From: Octopus vulgaris
Lineage: Eukaryota
Assembly (NCBI GenBank): GCA_951406725.2
Contig: OX597821.1
Span: 26,288,001 to 26,352,000, forward strand
DNA: 64,000 nt
Direction: 5' to 3'
Shown here: piece after piece, positions 13,006 through 27,113 of the stretch
Layout: each line of letters opens with the position of its first letter
Numbering within the stretch: position 1 is the first letter of the stretch
The notes under the pieces: model-generated
The model's database searches: none
What the model saw: only the letters and a program-made list of their open reading frames with translations
Told to the model about the DNA's origin: nothing
Made by a program: the position numbers and the translations under genes

Positions 13006-13578
13006 ATCATAATAATGTTCTCATGGCGGCTGATCTTAACTGATTGGAAGTGTTATCATGTACATTGTTTTGTCTACGTATAAAACATGGACTACAGCAA
13101 ATATTCTGTTCAAACCACAGATTTGCTTGTCAGTTGTTTGACCTTAACCAGCTGAGCATGTCCTTTGGTGGCTGACAATATGTGGATCTCTGATCTCAAG
13201 CAGAAGTAGTGGGGTGCATAATAACCATTTATTGAGAGGAATTCTTTGGATTTTCAATAATTCACCTCTGGAAACATGTGTGTTTCGTTCAACATCCTTA
13301 AACAACCTTTATTCAAGGACCTTTTGAGCGGGATGGTATACTCGACCTGAAGAAAATTCTGAATGGACTCCGCCTACAAGGCCATGCGATTGTTTATGTT
13401 GATATAAGATTACCATGTCATGTACATATGGTTGTGATGTACGTGCCTGGTGCACCCTTATTAGACGTGTCGTCGTGATGGGTATACTGAGCTTCGTATA
13501 TTTTACCCCGATGTCACTTTGATGGCATTTACAGCTCATTATTGAGTGAGAACTCAATAATAATAATAACAATGATGG

Positions 13579-13617
<39 letters not shown>

Positions 13618-13959
13618 GGAGGAGGAGGAGGAGGACTCTCCCGTTGAAGACGTATGATTGTTCAGCTTTTGCCGAATGACCTGCACAAATGATTTGTTTA
13701 TAGTGATCAAATGTTCATGCCATACAATAGCTCGTTCTCTCCATCAGGTCAACACTGTCTGAACAGGTGCACGGTGTATCATGCACCAGGTGTCGAAGTG
13801 ATGGCAGAGCAATGTGAGATGAAGTGTTTTGCTCAAGAAAACAACGCACCACCTAGTCTAGGAATTGAAACCACGATCTCGCGATCGTGAGTACAACACT
13901 CTAACCACTAGGTCATGTGTCCTCACATAATGATAATAATAATAAAAAAATATATAAAT

Positions 13960-14205
13960 GCGCCCTTTTAAAGCCCAGCCAGGCTCATGAGCCCAGTCTC
14001 CCGGTTTCTATGGCGCATGTGTTCCCCAGGTGGACAGAACGTCAGTCCATTTCAGCGTTACTAATTTTTGCCAGCTGAGTGGACTGGAACAACGTGAAAT
14101 GAAGCGTTTTGCTCAAGAACACAACGCGTCGCCCGGCCCAGGAATCGAAACCACAATCTTACGATCATGATGCTGACACCCTAACAACTAAGCCATGCGC
14201 CTCCA
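13960..14205 (-). mobile_element. SINE family C head with family B-type tail
   Basis: Reverse complement GGAGGCGCATGGCTTAGTTGTTAGG...TTGAGCAAAACGCTTCATTTCACG; tail GAAACCGGGAGACTGGGCTCATGAGCC. Confidence 0.7.
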
Positions 14206-14224
14206 CGATAATAATAATAATGAT

Positions 14225-14425
14225 TTCAAATTATTTGGCACGAGGCCAGCAATTTCGGGGAGGGGGGAGTCGATTGCATCGGCCCCAGTACTCAACAGGT
14301 ACTTGCTTTATCGATCACGAATGGATGAAACGCAAAGTCGACCTCGTGGAATTTGGACTCAGAACCTGAAAACGGATGAAATGCCGCTAAGCATTTCGCC
14401 CGATGTGCTAGCGATTCTGCCTGGC
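14225..14425 (-). mobile_element. SINE family D
   Basis: Reverse complement GGCAGAATCGCTAGCAC...AAATTCCACGAGGTCGACTTTG. Confidence 0.7.
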
Positions 14426-14796
14426 TAGAAGGACCCAAGACATAGAGGACAATATCAAAGGACGAATTACACCACACATAAACAAAAACAAAGCAGGTGG
14501 GGTTGACATCGATCAAAAGGAGACACTACCACATTAGAGGATATACCAAAGGATATCTAAATAGAAACCAGGGAAATTATAAAAAAATAAATAAATGAAT
14601 GAATAGGATCCCTAACAGCGGAGCAGTCCACTTAGGGTAATTCGGGGTTAACCCCACGCAAAAATCCCGGATTACTCTGCCATACCCAAGGTATAGGAAA
14701 GTACCATCATCCAGTTTCTTTCCTCCTACCTTAGAAAAGTATACCACGCATACTCAGAGTCGATCCATTCAGTCTCACAAGTCTTGTCACCCTCGT

Positions 14797-15135
14797 TCAT
14801 GTTTTGAGAAACATACTAGAATGCATCACCTCCACCCCCTTTATCCTCAAGAAATTGATAAGAGCTTGGTTAGATTGGAAAGTGTTTGTCTTCAAACCTT
14901 TCAGACATGTCCACCATACAGTCTCTTTTGTCACAGTCCATGAGCAGAGAAAGATCTGCCTTCCTTCTCTGCTAAGGGAAGCCAGTGCATCAATCTTCAC
15001 AATACACTTGGCAGATAGCTGAATTTGTCTTACACGCAACAGCAGCTGCTCCTCACAAGCCCACAATTCTCTAACGCACGGACACTGAAAGACTGCATGC
15101 AGGACAGTTTCGCTGCCTGCATCTCGGGCAGGTTC
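14797..15135 (-). pseudogene. L1/Tx1-like ORF2 C-terminal zinc-knuckle fragment
   Basis: ETVLHAVFQCPCVRELW (zf-RVT-like) followed by a WW..KG segment. Confidence 0.55.
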
Positions 15136-15502
15136 GGTTATTGGCACCCCCATGCCTGAAAAACTTGCCTCGAACAGGCAATGCCACCCGCACCCCTGTA
15201 GCACTGTCATGCTAAGACAAAAATGGCTTATAATATAGGCACAAACCCCAGCCATTTTAAGACAACCAGCAGTCGATACTAAATACCGCAGTACTTGACT
15301 AGTACTTTATTTTACCGCTCCCGAAACAATGAAAAGCAACGTTGACTATGGTGAGTTTTGAACTCAGAACGTAAAGAGCCGGACCAAAACTGAAAAACAT
15401 TTTATCCGAGGCTTGAACGATTCTGTTCTTCAGCAATAATTACCATTATGTTTCTATCATTGATACGAAGCAAGCAATTTTGAGGTCATGCATATAAACA
15501 CA

Positions 15503-15589
<87 letters not shown>

Positions 15590-15596
15590 ACACTCA

Positions 15597-16200
15597 CAGA
15601 GGGTGCGGGGAATATATTGTCGTCTTAATTACGCAAAAATGAAAATAACACTGACGTCTCATTTTAGCAGATACATTTACCAAAATTATATAAAAGATAT
15701 CTTGAAATGCTAAAGAGTAAATTTATTCAATAAAATCACCATTGGCTTCAATTACGGCCTTGTTTAAGTTGGTGGATGCTGCCATAATCCTTATCTTCAG
15801 TTCATCTTTGGTGTTACAAGGAGTTTTGTTGGTCTCTCGCTCATCTGCGCCCTACACATAATAATCAACGTTGTTTCAGTCTAGGGAGTTAGGTGGCCAG
15901 ATGTTAGGGGTCATGTGATCGCAGATATTGTGTGACAGCCATGACTAGGTTCTCCTGCTTGTGTGGCATGGTGCTGAGTCTTGTTGCCAGATATAGGGTC
16001 TTCCAGCAGCCCCCTTCTTGACTCAGGGCAGCACTACCTCCTCCAGTCTTTTGATGTTGTCCTCCGTGTTGCGTCAGAGGCTTTGTGGGAAGATGACTAG
16101 AGGCATAACGACGCCATCACTAGTGATGACTCCAAACAACATGATGTTGACTGGATGTTTGATTTCTATCACTCTCGCTACATGTCCTCAGATTGCACTG
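15597..16200 (-). mobile_element. Degraded Tc1/mariner (maT/DD37D-like) transposase fragment
   Basis: Minus-strand translation gives WQQDSAPCH and TPNIWPPNSLD..VDYYV. A GAGGGTGCG terminus-like sequence lies near 15600. Confidence 0.7.
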
Positions 16201-16599
16201 TCCTCAGACTGACCCCAAATACTCTGAAATGTTCGTATTGGAGCTTCCGGCGCGAATGCCAAGCAGTACAGCATGTCGTTTTCAAATTTCTGGCAGAATG
16301 AATTGCGTCATGGTGCCATTTTTCTCAAAGATGGTGTCCGTCTGACTCTACTATACTGTGTAGTTAACAAAATAAAAAACAAACAATATATATATGCAGG
16401 GTGCGATAGGTAAATCGTCGCCATTCTATATTTTTAATTTCGAGCATGCGCATTGTTTATATGTATGTATGTATGTATGTATATGAGCGTGCACTAATTA
16501 ATTGCCAAATTTCAATGATAATGCTATTTACGCTGTTTTAGATAGCATGTTCGCACTTACACACACACATCTATGTGCATGTATGTATGTGTGTATGTG

Positions 16600-16920
16600 T
16601 GAGGGCGCGTGGCTTAGTGGTTAGGGCATTCGGCTCATGATCGTAAGGTTGTGAGTTCGATTCCCGGCGACGCGTTGTGTCCTTGAGCAAGACACTTTAT
16701 TTCACGTTGCTCCAGTCCACTCAGCTGGCAAAAATGAGTTGTACTTGTATTTCAAAGGGTCAGCATTGTCACTCTCTGTGTCACGCTGATTATCCCCGAG
16801 AACTACGTTAAGGGTACACGTGTCTGTGGAATGCTCAGCCATTTGCACGTTAATTTCACGAGCAAGCTGTTCCGTTGATCGTATCAGCTGGGACCCTCGT
16901 CGTCGTAACCGGCGGAGTCT
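16600..16920 (+). mobile_element. SINE family C, full length
   Basis: TGGCTTAGTGG box A, GAGTTCGATTC box B, GTGTCCTTGAGCAAGACAC core, tail ending CGTCGTCGTAACCGGCGGAG. Confidence 0.85.
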
Positions 16921-17014
16921 TATTAATTAATGTGTGTATGTATACATATATGTACTAGATATACTTACACGCACACATATATGTTTGTCTATCTATCTAT
17001 ATATTTCCAGTTTC

Positions 17015-17460
17015 ACAAAGCTTTGCATACGCCAACAATTTAAGTTTTTGGTATTTCCATTTAAGAATGACAGTTGTATGTGCCCTATGAACGACGGATT
17101 CAGTGTCAACAACTGAAGAAGCGTATCGAAGCAGAAACAAGCTTCTTACATTTCGTTGATATCACTCATTTCCATGCTTGGTGTGTCTTCACACACACTG
17201 CTTTAAAGAGAATTCCTCTTCTTAAATATTGACGGTAGCGAAAGTTTTCCGAAGATGAATATACACTAATGTATTAAACATAAATATAAACCGTTTTCGC
17301 GTTTCTTTAAGTAATTAGTTCCAATTTGACAAAGCTTTGCATACGCCAGCCAATTTAATATTTTCTGTTTACATATAGAAACAATAGTTCACAATGGACT
17401 ATAAACAATGGATTCGGTGTCTGTTGCTGATAAAGTGTAACGACGCAGAAAGGCGTTTCA
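17015..17460 (+). repeat. Diverged 314-bp tandem unit, each copy with a decayed hammerhead motif
   Basis: ACAAAGCTTTGCATACGCCA at 17015 and 17329. CTGAAGA..GAAA at 17113-17137 and CTGATAA..GAAA at 17427-17451. Confidence 0.55.
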
Positions 17461-17716
17461 TGGAGTTCGATGACGTCATTCATAGCCCAGTTTGTATGGG
17501 TTATGAATGATGTAATATATTCTTTATAATGAGAATTTCTCATCCGTGATATTTACCACAGCGTAGGTCTTTCCGCATTTGAGTGTATGGGAATGTGTTA
17601 AATACATGTACACTGCTCTACTCCTCTCCCCCCGTCTCTCTCTCTCACTGTACACCTCTCTCTCACTGTCACCTCCCTCTCTCTCATACACTCACACATG
17701 CACACATATATATGTA

Positions 17717-17774
<58 letters not shown>

Positions 17775-17815
17775 TAATCATTAGTAACATATATGCATAC
17801 AAAGATATATTTATG

Positions 17816-17889
<74 letters not shown>

Positions 17890-17894
<5 letters not shown>

Positions 17895-18112
17895 CGCAAT
17901 GGCTTAGTGGTTAGGGCAGCGGACTCGCGGTCGCAGGATCGCGGTTTCGATTCCCAGACCGAGCGTTGGGTGTGTTTATAAAGCGAAAACACCTAAGAGC
18001 TCCACGAGGCTCCGACAGGGGGGGGGGAGGCGTGATCCCTGCTGTACACTTTCACCACTCTTTCTCCCACTTTTCTTCTGTTGGCCTGCTCGCTTATATG
18101 GCCTGCGAGCAG

Positions 18113-18115
<3 letters not shown>
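17890..18115 (+). mobile_element. SINE family A
   Basis: GGCGCAATGGCTTAGTGGTTAGGGCAGCGGACTCGCGGTCGCAGGATCGCGGTTTCGATTCCC tRNA-like head. Confidence 0.85.
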
Positions 18116-18201
<86 letters not shown>

Positions 18202-19466
18202 CGGGATTTCTTCAGTTTCTGCCTACCAAGGTTTTGGTCGGCCAGAAGCTAAAGCAGAAAACACCTTCCCAAGATGCCACGCAGTGGTACTAAACCCGGA
18301 ACCATATGGTTGAGAAGGAAGCTTCTTACCACACACCCACGCCTGCGCCCATCTGCAGCATTCATGGTGTTCGTTTCTGTCCATTAAATGATGCAAGTGA
18401 AACAATAAGACTATCTGCGGAATTAAAACGCGTTCAAGGGAAGAAGTATTAACTTCAAACTCTAGTTGAGGTGATGCGCTGTGGTTTTATTGATTACCTT
18501 GTTTGGAAATCTCTTGTTTGACAGAAGAGACACTCCACTCACATGGGCCTACGAGTCACCTGCTAGAATTAGCAGCCTAATCACTCTCTCGAATCACTTC
18601 CTGCAGTCTTATAGGAAAGTGGGTTACATAAGACAATGTTGTCCTCGACGAACTATGACTGAAATTGAAGATGGGATGGCCATAATTGAAACGCCTTCGA
18701 TCAGCACGGTCAGCACGGTCAGAGCTGAACTGACCACTTAAGATCTTGGAAAGGCATGAGCATCGCCAGAACTTCTACTTGCTTTTTAAAAATATTTCGT
18801 TATCAAGATCACCCTATCGTGACTATTACATCATCGACTGAGGTCATTGAGTTGACAGTCATTGAAGAAGCTGTGACGTCATTGACGAACTGATAACGTC
18901 ATTGACTGGGTGATTGCGTCATTTGTTGTGCTAGATTGTTTTCTATGTTACCGAACCAGCTTAAGAGAGTGCCAGGTCTTTTTAGGCTTCTATTATAATA
19001 CTGTTTACACCAAGGACACTTTACAGGAATATTAAACCGACCCGGTTTTTGACTGATTCTATTTTTTATAGATCTCAGATTGATAAAAGTCGAAGTTGAC
19101 CACCAACCAGCTTAGTACACAAAAGACCTATTGTTATGCGTTTATAAAGTTTTCTTAAATTGAAAAAAAATTCCACAAATTTGTTTGAAATATACATATT
19201 GAATTGGGTCATATTCAGTGTTTGATTGGTACTTATTCGGACCAACACGGGAGTATCTGCATGATAGTTCTAAACGCTAGAAATAGCAGTCAAACTTCGC
19301 TTATATTACACTCTGTCGCAGAAAAAGGACACCAACTGAGTACAAAAAAAAAAAAAAAAAGACAATGTGGTTACTGGTTTCCAGGACAAACTTCGGGGTT
19401 TTGAAAACAAATACTGAAAGACACATAATTTGATGATCACCCAGGTTTATTAATTACTAGATATCA

Positions 19467-19680
19467 GGCGGCGGGTTGGCAGAATCGTTAGCTCGACGGG
19501 CAAAATGTTTAGCGGCATTTCGTCCGTCTTTACGTTCTGAGTTCAAATGCCGCCGAGGTCGACTTTATTTTTCATTTTCGCAGGGCTTATAAAATAAGTA
19601 TCAGTTGAGTACTGGGGTCAATGTGACTGACTTACCCCTTCCCCTGAAATTGCTGGCCTTGTGCCAAAATTTGAAACCAT
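19467..19680 (+). mobile_element. SINE family D
   Basis: GGCGGCGGGTTGGCAGAATCGTTAGC...GAGTTCAAATGCCGCCGAGGTCGAC. Confidence 0.75.
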
Positions 19681-20411
19681 TAATTACTAAATTAATAATC
19701 CAGTGATCTATCGATGAACCATTGATGATCTATCGACGATAGAGCTAACATAATTTATCGATGATAGATCCATCATGATTTATAGATGATTGATCTATCA
19801 TGATCACTCGATGACCTTTCGTAGTTGTCGCTTTTCCCAATGAGTGTCTTGTTTGAAGGCAACTTGGGCGCCATCAATAGAAGTTTGAGTGTTCAACTAT
19901 CATCTATTATGTCTACTAGTTGTTATATTTTTCGCTGCAGATCATCACCAAACGTGCCTCTACGTGGTCGCTTGACTCGCTAGAAATAGTCACTAAATCT
20001 CACTCAAATCACGCTTTTCTAATAAAAAAAATACACATTAAATAATGTAGTTCCAATGACATACTAATTACATTTAAAAGAGAGGATGGTCATGACTGGC
20101 TCGTCTTTGATAATAAGTCTGTTTGATCCGAGTCGACTTGGGACTAAAGAACACTATAAATTGTAGCTAAAATAGGTACGATATGTATTTTGAACAACGT
20201 AGGAACTTTAAGAGAAAGGCTTTAACATAAACATATAATCCTCTGCATTAATCTCAACGATACGTAACATACGTTTTAAACCGTGCCCGAAACCATTATC
20301 TTTCTTACATCCCAGCACGTGAATTGCATCACATTCTATATCATACACACGCCAAAGTTTATATCTTGTATCATATATATAGCATTGCCTGCACATTACA
20401 TCATAGCTTGT

Positions 20412-20718
20412 GGAGGCACATGGCCTAGTGGTTAGAGCAACGGACTCACGGTCGAGGGATCGTGGGTTCGAATCTCAGACCGGGCGATGTGTGTGTTTAT
20501 GAGCGAAACACCTAAGCTCCGCGTAGCTCCGGCAGAAGGTAATGGCGAAACTTCTGCTGACTCTTTCGCCACAACTTTCTCTCACTCTTTCCTCCTGCAT
20601 CTTGCAGCTCACCTGCCGACTTACCGGCATCCCGTCCAGGTGGGGAACCTATACGCCATGAAACCGGGAAACCGGCCCTTATGAGCCAGGCATGGCTCGA
20701 GAAGGAACAAACAAACAA
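20412..20718 (+). mobile_element. SINE family B with target-site duplication
   Basis: tRNA head GGAGGCACATGGCCTAGTGG..GGTTCGAATCTC, (AAAC)n tail, flanking duplication CATCATAGCTTGT. Confidence 0.9.
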
Positions 20719-21756
20719 CATCATAGCTTGTATCTTATGTCAGTATGTTTATGATATGATAGCCTGTTTCTATCAAAGTGCGTTTCCTTATATCATGATG
20801 TTTTGTGTATTGTGTCAATGTTGTATTTTGCATCGTAGCATGTATTATTATGTCATAATGTGTGTTACATCATAGCCAATATGTTAGGTATATATACGTA
20901 TGTCACCTTATAGTCTGTACATTATGTCGTAGTGAATATCTTACGTCATAGTATGTATCTTACACAATAGAGTTACACCAAAGCCTATATCTTACGTGTG
21001 TAGAATACACCAAAGCTTATATCTTACGAAAATAGTAGATATCTTACATAGTAGTCTGTATCTTACTATATATTCTGTTTCTCACCTTCTCATCGGTCTC
21101 ATCATAAAAAATAAAATAATCTAGGAATTATTCATTGAAGTTTATATTAGAGTAATTTAAAAAACTAGAACTGATCTGTTAAGGTTAAACTTATATATAC
21201 TTCTGCTATTCATCAAAAGCTGGTTAATGTGTGTCTTAACTCACTTATTTGTTGGGAGTACCACCGTAAACGACCAGCCTTTGTTTAGTATATTTAAAGT
21301 ATATCAAGTTGGAGAAACTCACCTTTTACTCCCGGGAAGAGTTAAAATCAGCGCAAACGAAATATTGGTTTGTTACTTCTTTATAGCTGGATAGGTTGGC
21401 CTATTTTATAGCTAAGGAGAATTCGTGAATATTTGATAAGTTTAATGGCTACGTGGAATTGAAAATCTATGATTTCAAGGTCTTTCCCTTTAGCAGGAAA
21501 AAGTTGTTACCTGGAAAACAACATAGTCTTTTTTTTTACCAACAGTTATTTAAGCAATCGACTTTAAAAGAACGCTCCTTCTGAATTAATGTTGCTGAGA
21601 GAGACTTGTAGCGGTTTTCTCGGATTTTGTACGCTAACTTATACTAAAGTTAATTAAATTGGACACGGTCAAGCACAAATCACAACATAATAGCAGCGGC
21701 AGGTTGCGAGAGCCAGACATCTTGCCTGATTGTCTAGTAACATTTTAATCAGGACG

Positions 21757-24700
21757 TGGATATAGGAATAATCGTTAGAGCGACAGATACAGGTATAATC
21801 ATTAGAGAATCGGATATAGGGATCGTCATTAGTGCGTCGGATACAGGAATAATCATTAGAGCATCGGATATAGGAATCGTCATTAGTGCATCGGATACAG
21901 GAATAATCATTAGAGCATCGGATATAGGAATCGTCATTAGTGCGTCGGATACAGGAATAATCATTAGAGCATCGGATATAGGAATCGTCATTAGTGCGTC
22001 GGATACAGGAATAATCATTAGAGCATCGGATATAGGAATCATCATTAGTGCGTCGGATACAGGAATAATCATTAGAGCATCGGATATAGGAATCGTCATT
22101 AGTGTGTCGGATACAGGAATAATCATTAGAGCATCAGGTATAAGAATCGTTATTAGTGCGTCGGATACAGGAATAATCATTAGAGCATCGGGTATAGGAA
22201 TCGTCATTAGCGCGTCGGATACAGGAATAATCATTAGAGCATCGGATATAGGAATCGTCATTAGTGTGTCGGATACAGGAATAATCATTAGAGCATCGGG
22301 TATAGGAATCGTCATTAGTGCGTCGGATACAGGAATAATCATTAGAGCATCGGGTATAGGAATCGTCATTAGTGCGTCGGATACAGGAATAATCATTAGA
22401 GCATCGGGTATAGGAATCGTTATTAGTGCGTCGGATACAGGAATAATCATTAGTGTGTCGGATACAGGAATAATCATTAGAGCATCAGGTATAAGAATCG
22501 TTATTAGTGCGTCGGATACAGGAATAATCATTATAGCATCGGATATAGGAATCGTCATTAGTGCGTCGGATACAGGAATAATCATTAGAGCATCGGGTAT
22601 AGGAATCGTCATTAGTGCGTCGGATACAGGAATAATCATTAGAGCATCGGGTATAGGAATCGTCATTAGTGCGTCGGATACAGGAATAATCATTAGAGCA
22701 TCGGGTATAGGAATCGTCATTAGTGCGTCGGATACAGGAATAATCATTAGAGCATCGGGTATAGGAATCGTCATTAGTGCGTCGGATACAGGAATAATCA
22801 TTAGAGCATCGGGTATAGGAATCGTCATTAGCGCGTCGGATACAGGAATAATCATTAGAGCATCGGGTATAGGAATCGTCATTAGTGCGTCGGATACAGG
22901 AATAATCATTAGAGCATCGGGTATAGGAATCGTCATTAGTGCGTCGGATACAGGAATAATCATTAGAGCATCGGGTATAGGAATCGTCATTAGTGCGTCG
23001 GATACAGGAATAATCATTAGAGCATCGGGTATAGGAATCGTCATTAGTGCGTCGGATACAGGAATAATCATTAGAGCATCGGGTATAGGAATCGTCATTA
23101 GTGCGTCGGATACAGGAATAATCATTAGAGCATCGGGTATAGGAATCGTCGTCGGATACAGGAATAATCATTAGAGCATCGGGTATAGGAATCGTGCATC
23201 GGATAGTAATCATTAGAGCGGGTATAGGAATCGTCATTAGTGGTCGGATACAGGAATAATCATTAGAGCATCGGGTATAGGAATCGTCATTAGTGCGTCG
23301 GATACAGGAATAATCATTAGAGCATCGGGTATAGGAATCGTCATTAGTGCGTCGGATACAGGAATAATCATTAGAGCATCGGGTATAGGAATCGTCATTA
23401 GTGCGTCGGATACAGGAATAATCATTAGAGCATCGGGTATAGGAATCGTCATTAGTGCGTCGGATACAGGAATAATCATTAGAGCATCGGGTATAGGAAT
23501 CGTCATTAGTGCGGATACGGAATAATCATTAGGCATCGGGTATAGGAATCGTCATTAGTGCGTCGGATACAGGAATAATCATTAGACGGGTATAGGAATC
23601 GTCATTAGTGTCGTCGGATACAGGAATAATCATTAGAGCATCGGGTATAGGAATCGTCATTAGTGCGTCGGATACAGGAATAATCATTAGAGCATCGGGT
23701 ATAGGAATCGTCATTAGTGCGTCGGATACAGGAATAATCATTAGAGCATCGGGTATAGGAATCGTCATTAGTGTGTCGGATACAGGAATAATCATTAGAG
23801 CATCGGGTATAGGAATCGTCGTCATTAGTGCGTCGGATACAGGAATAATCATTAGAGCATCGGGTATAGGAATCGTCATTAGTGCGTCGGATACAGGAAT
23901 AATCATTAGAGCATCGGGTATAGGAATCGTCATTAGTGCGTCGGATACAGGAATAATCATTAGAGCATCGGGTATAGGAATCGTCATTAGTGCGTCGGAT
24001 ACAGGAATAATCATTAGAGCATCGGGGATATAGGAATCGTCATTAGTGCGTCGGATACAGGAATAATCATTAGAGCATCGGTATAGGAATCTTAGTCGTC
24101 GGATCAGGAATACATTAGAGCATATACAGGAATAATCATTAGAGCATCGGGTATAGGAATCGTCAAGTGCGTCGGATTAATCATTAGAGCATCGGGTATA
24201 GGAATCGTCATTAGATACAGGAATAATCATTAGAGCATCGGGTATAGGAATCGTCATTAGTGTCGTCGGATACAGGAATAATCATTAGAGCATCGGGTAT
24301 AGGAATCGTCATTAGTGCGTCGGATACAGGAATAATCATTAGAGCATCGGGTATAGGAATCGTCATTAGTGCGTCGGATACAGGAATAATCATTAGAGCA
24401 TCGGGTATAGGAATCGTCATTAGTGCGTCGGATACAGGAATAATCATTAGAGCATCGGGTATAGGAATCGTCATTAGTGCGTCGGATACAGGAATAATCA
24501 TTAGAGCATCGGGTATAGGAATCGTCATTAGTGCGTCGGATACAGGAATAATCATTAGAGCATCGGGTATAGGAATCGTCATTAGTGCGTCGGATACAGG
24601 AATAATCATTAGAGCATCGGATATAGGAATCGTCATTAGTGCGTCGGATACAGGAATAATCATTAGAGCATCGGGTATAGGAATCGTCATTAGTGCGTCG

Positions 24701-25650
24701 GATACAGGAATAATCATTAGAGCATCGGGTATAGGAATCGTCATTAGTGTGTCGGATACAGGAATAATCATTAGAGCATCGGGTATAGGAATCGTCATTA
24801 GTGCGTCGGATACAGGAATAATCATTAGAGCATCGGGTATAGGAATCGTCATTAGTGTGTCGGATACAGGAATAATCATTAGAGCATCGGATATAGGAAT
24901 CGTCGTTAGTGCGTCGGATACAGGAATAATCATTAGAGCATCGGGTATAGGAATCGTCATTAGTGCGTCGGATACAGGAATAATCATTAGAGCATCGGGT
25001 ATAGGAATCATTAGTCATACAGGATAATCATTAGTCGTAAGGAATCGTCATTAGTGTCGGATACAGGAATAATCATTAGAGCATCGGGTATAGGAATCGT
25101 CATTAGTGCGTCGGATCAGGAATAATGAATCATTAGTGCTCGGATACAGGAATAATCATTAGAGCATCGGGTATAGGAATCGTCATTAGTGCGTCGGATA
25201 CAGGAATAATCATTAGAGCATCGGGTATAGGAATCGTCATTAGTGCGTCGGATACAGGAATAATCATTAGAGCATCGGGTATAGGAATCGTCATTAGTGC
25301 GTCGGATACAGGAATAATCATCATCGGGTGCATTCTTAGTGGTCGGATACAGGAATAATCATTAGAGCATCGGGATATAGGAATCGTCATTAGTGCGTCG
25401 GATACAGGAATAATCATTAGAGCATCGGGTATAGGAATCGTCATTAGTGTGTCGGATACAGGAATAATCATTAGAGCATCGGATATAGGAATCGTGCGTC
25501 GGATAGGAATAATCATTAGAGCATCGGATATAGAATCGTCATTAGTGGTCGGATAAGGAATAATCATTAGAGCATCGGATATAGGAATCGTCGTCGGATA
25601 CAGGAATAATCATTAGAGTCGGATACAGGAATAATCATTAGAGCATGGAA
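21757..25650. repeat. Minisatellite with a 54-bp unit (two related 27-mers), roughly 70 copies
   Basis: GCGTCGGATACAGGAATAATCATTAGAGCATCGGGTATAGGAATCGTCATTAGT in tandem. Confidence 0.97.
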
Positions 25651-26114
25651 TAAATGCCCGTGCCACTTATCTGCTGTCTCTTTAAATCTCATAAAAATTA
25701 TTGTCTGCCTTTCATCAACTTGAAATCGATAAAATAATGTATCCTTGATGTAAATTGAATTATAATAGAAAACTAAGAAGATCCTGACGTTCTCTTAACC
25801 TGCTTTAGTGAAATCTAAACTGACCTGATCGAGACGTTTACAACGCAGACAACAACATAATCTAACAATTGATGTCAAATTATGTCGTTGATGTCAAATC
25901 ATGTAGTCGATGACGTTATTACTTTATCAAGAACATCTTAGACTAATCAAGGTCTCAATAACTTATCTAATTACAATGGAGTTAATGACCTTAATCGATG
26001 ACGTAACAGCCTCCATTTTAGGGTTTTAAACGCAATCGTTTTATGGTACCATGATGTTCTATGATGATAAGTACTTTTCCCAGTACTTAAGCAGTGTGTT
26101 GGAGTTCGTTGTTT

Positions 26115-26315
26115 ACGAGGAGGTGCTGAAAAGTTCTTGGCTTTGTGGGTATCACGAAAGGCCTGGCTGGAGGCTCAATCTTATAGGGTTTAGTAAAACC
26201 GAAGGCCCGCAGCAATGTGTCTGAATCTGAGAGGGGGAATAAGTTGAATAAAAACATATTGATCCTCCTGTATTTTCTTTCACCCAAAGTGAGGAATTTT
26301 TCGGCGCCCTCTCGT
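26115..26315. mobile_element. Mariner-derived MITE
   Basis: Imperfect TIRs ACGAGGAGGTGCTGAAAAGTTCTTGGCTTT / AAAGTGAGGAATTTTTCGGCGCCCTCTCGT. Confidence 0.65.
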
Positions 26316-26669
26316 TGCACCTAATGATCTTCAATCAAGCAGACCCCTGAATAAAGGCGTTCCAGTCGTGGTTTATCCATTCATATTTCGGACATAGTGT
26401 ATCTAGGATTATATTATTTGTTGTACCTGTGTACAGAATGTGATTTGATTGAGAATATGCTGCTATTTGTTTGGATGGCGTGGTCACACAGAGTATCTGT
26501 CGTTGATACATATGAGGGAAGTGTTTCTTACAAATAACAAGAGAATCCTGTACAATGTTAGTGATAAAAATCACTGCGTTGAAAGAATATTTTTCCTTCC
26601 TTATTTATTTTTATTACACCACTCCTCCTCAGGCTTCAAGCTGATACCTCTTTCTTCTGAAGAGATACA

Positions 26670-26892
26670 TTACTCTTTACTCGTTTACTCTTTTACTTGT
26701 TTCAGTCATTTGACTGTGGCCAGGCTGGAGCACCGCCTTTAGTCGAGAAAATCGACCCCAGGACTTATTCTTTGTAAGCCTAGTACTTATTCTATCGGTC
26801 TCTTTTGCTGAACCGCTAAGTTACGGGGACGTAAACACACCAGCATCGGTTGTCAAGCGATGTTGGGGGGACAAATACACACACACACACAA

Positions 26893-26956
<64 letters not shown>

Positions 26957-27113
26957 TATATATATATATGTATATACGACGGGCTTCTTTCAGTTTCAGT
27001 CTACCAAATCCACTCACAAAGCTTTGGTCGGCTCGGGGCTATAGTAGAAAACACTTGCCCGGAATCATATGGTTGGTAAGCAAGCTACTTACCACACAGC
27101 CACTCCTACGCCT
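26670..27113 (-). mobile_element. SINE family E, near full length
   Basis: Reverse-complement head AGGCGTAGGAGTGGCTGTGTGGTAAG, internal TA/TG microsatellite, (AAAGAGT)-type tail. Confidence 0.8.

Noticed and set aside
16600-16675. tRNA genes at SINE heads (also 20412, 30190, 55599)
   Set aside because: They have A/B boxes but continue into SINE bodies with tails and TSDs, without a proper acceptor stem.
21757-25650. CRISPR-like array or tandem hammerhead array (minus strand has CTAATGA twice per unit)
   Set aside because: No unique spacers, eukaryotic context, and no GAAA or helices accompanying the CTAATGA.
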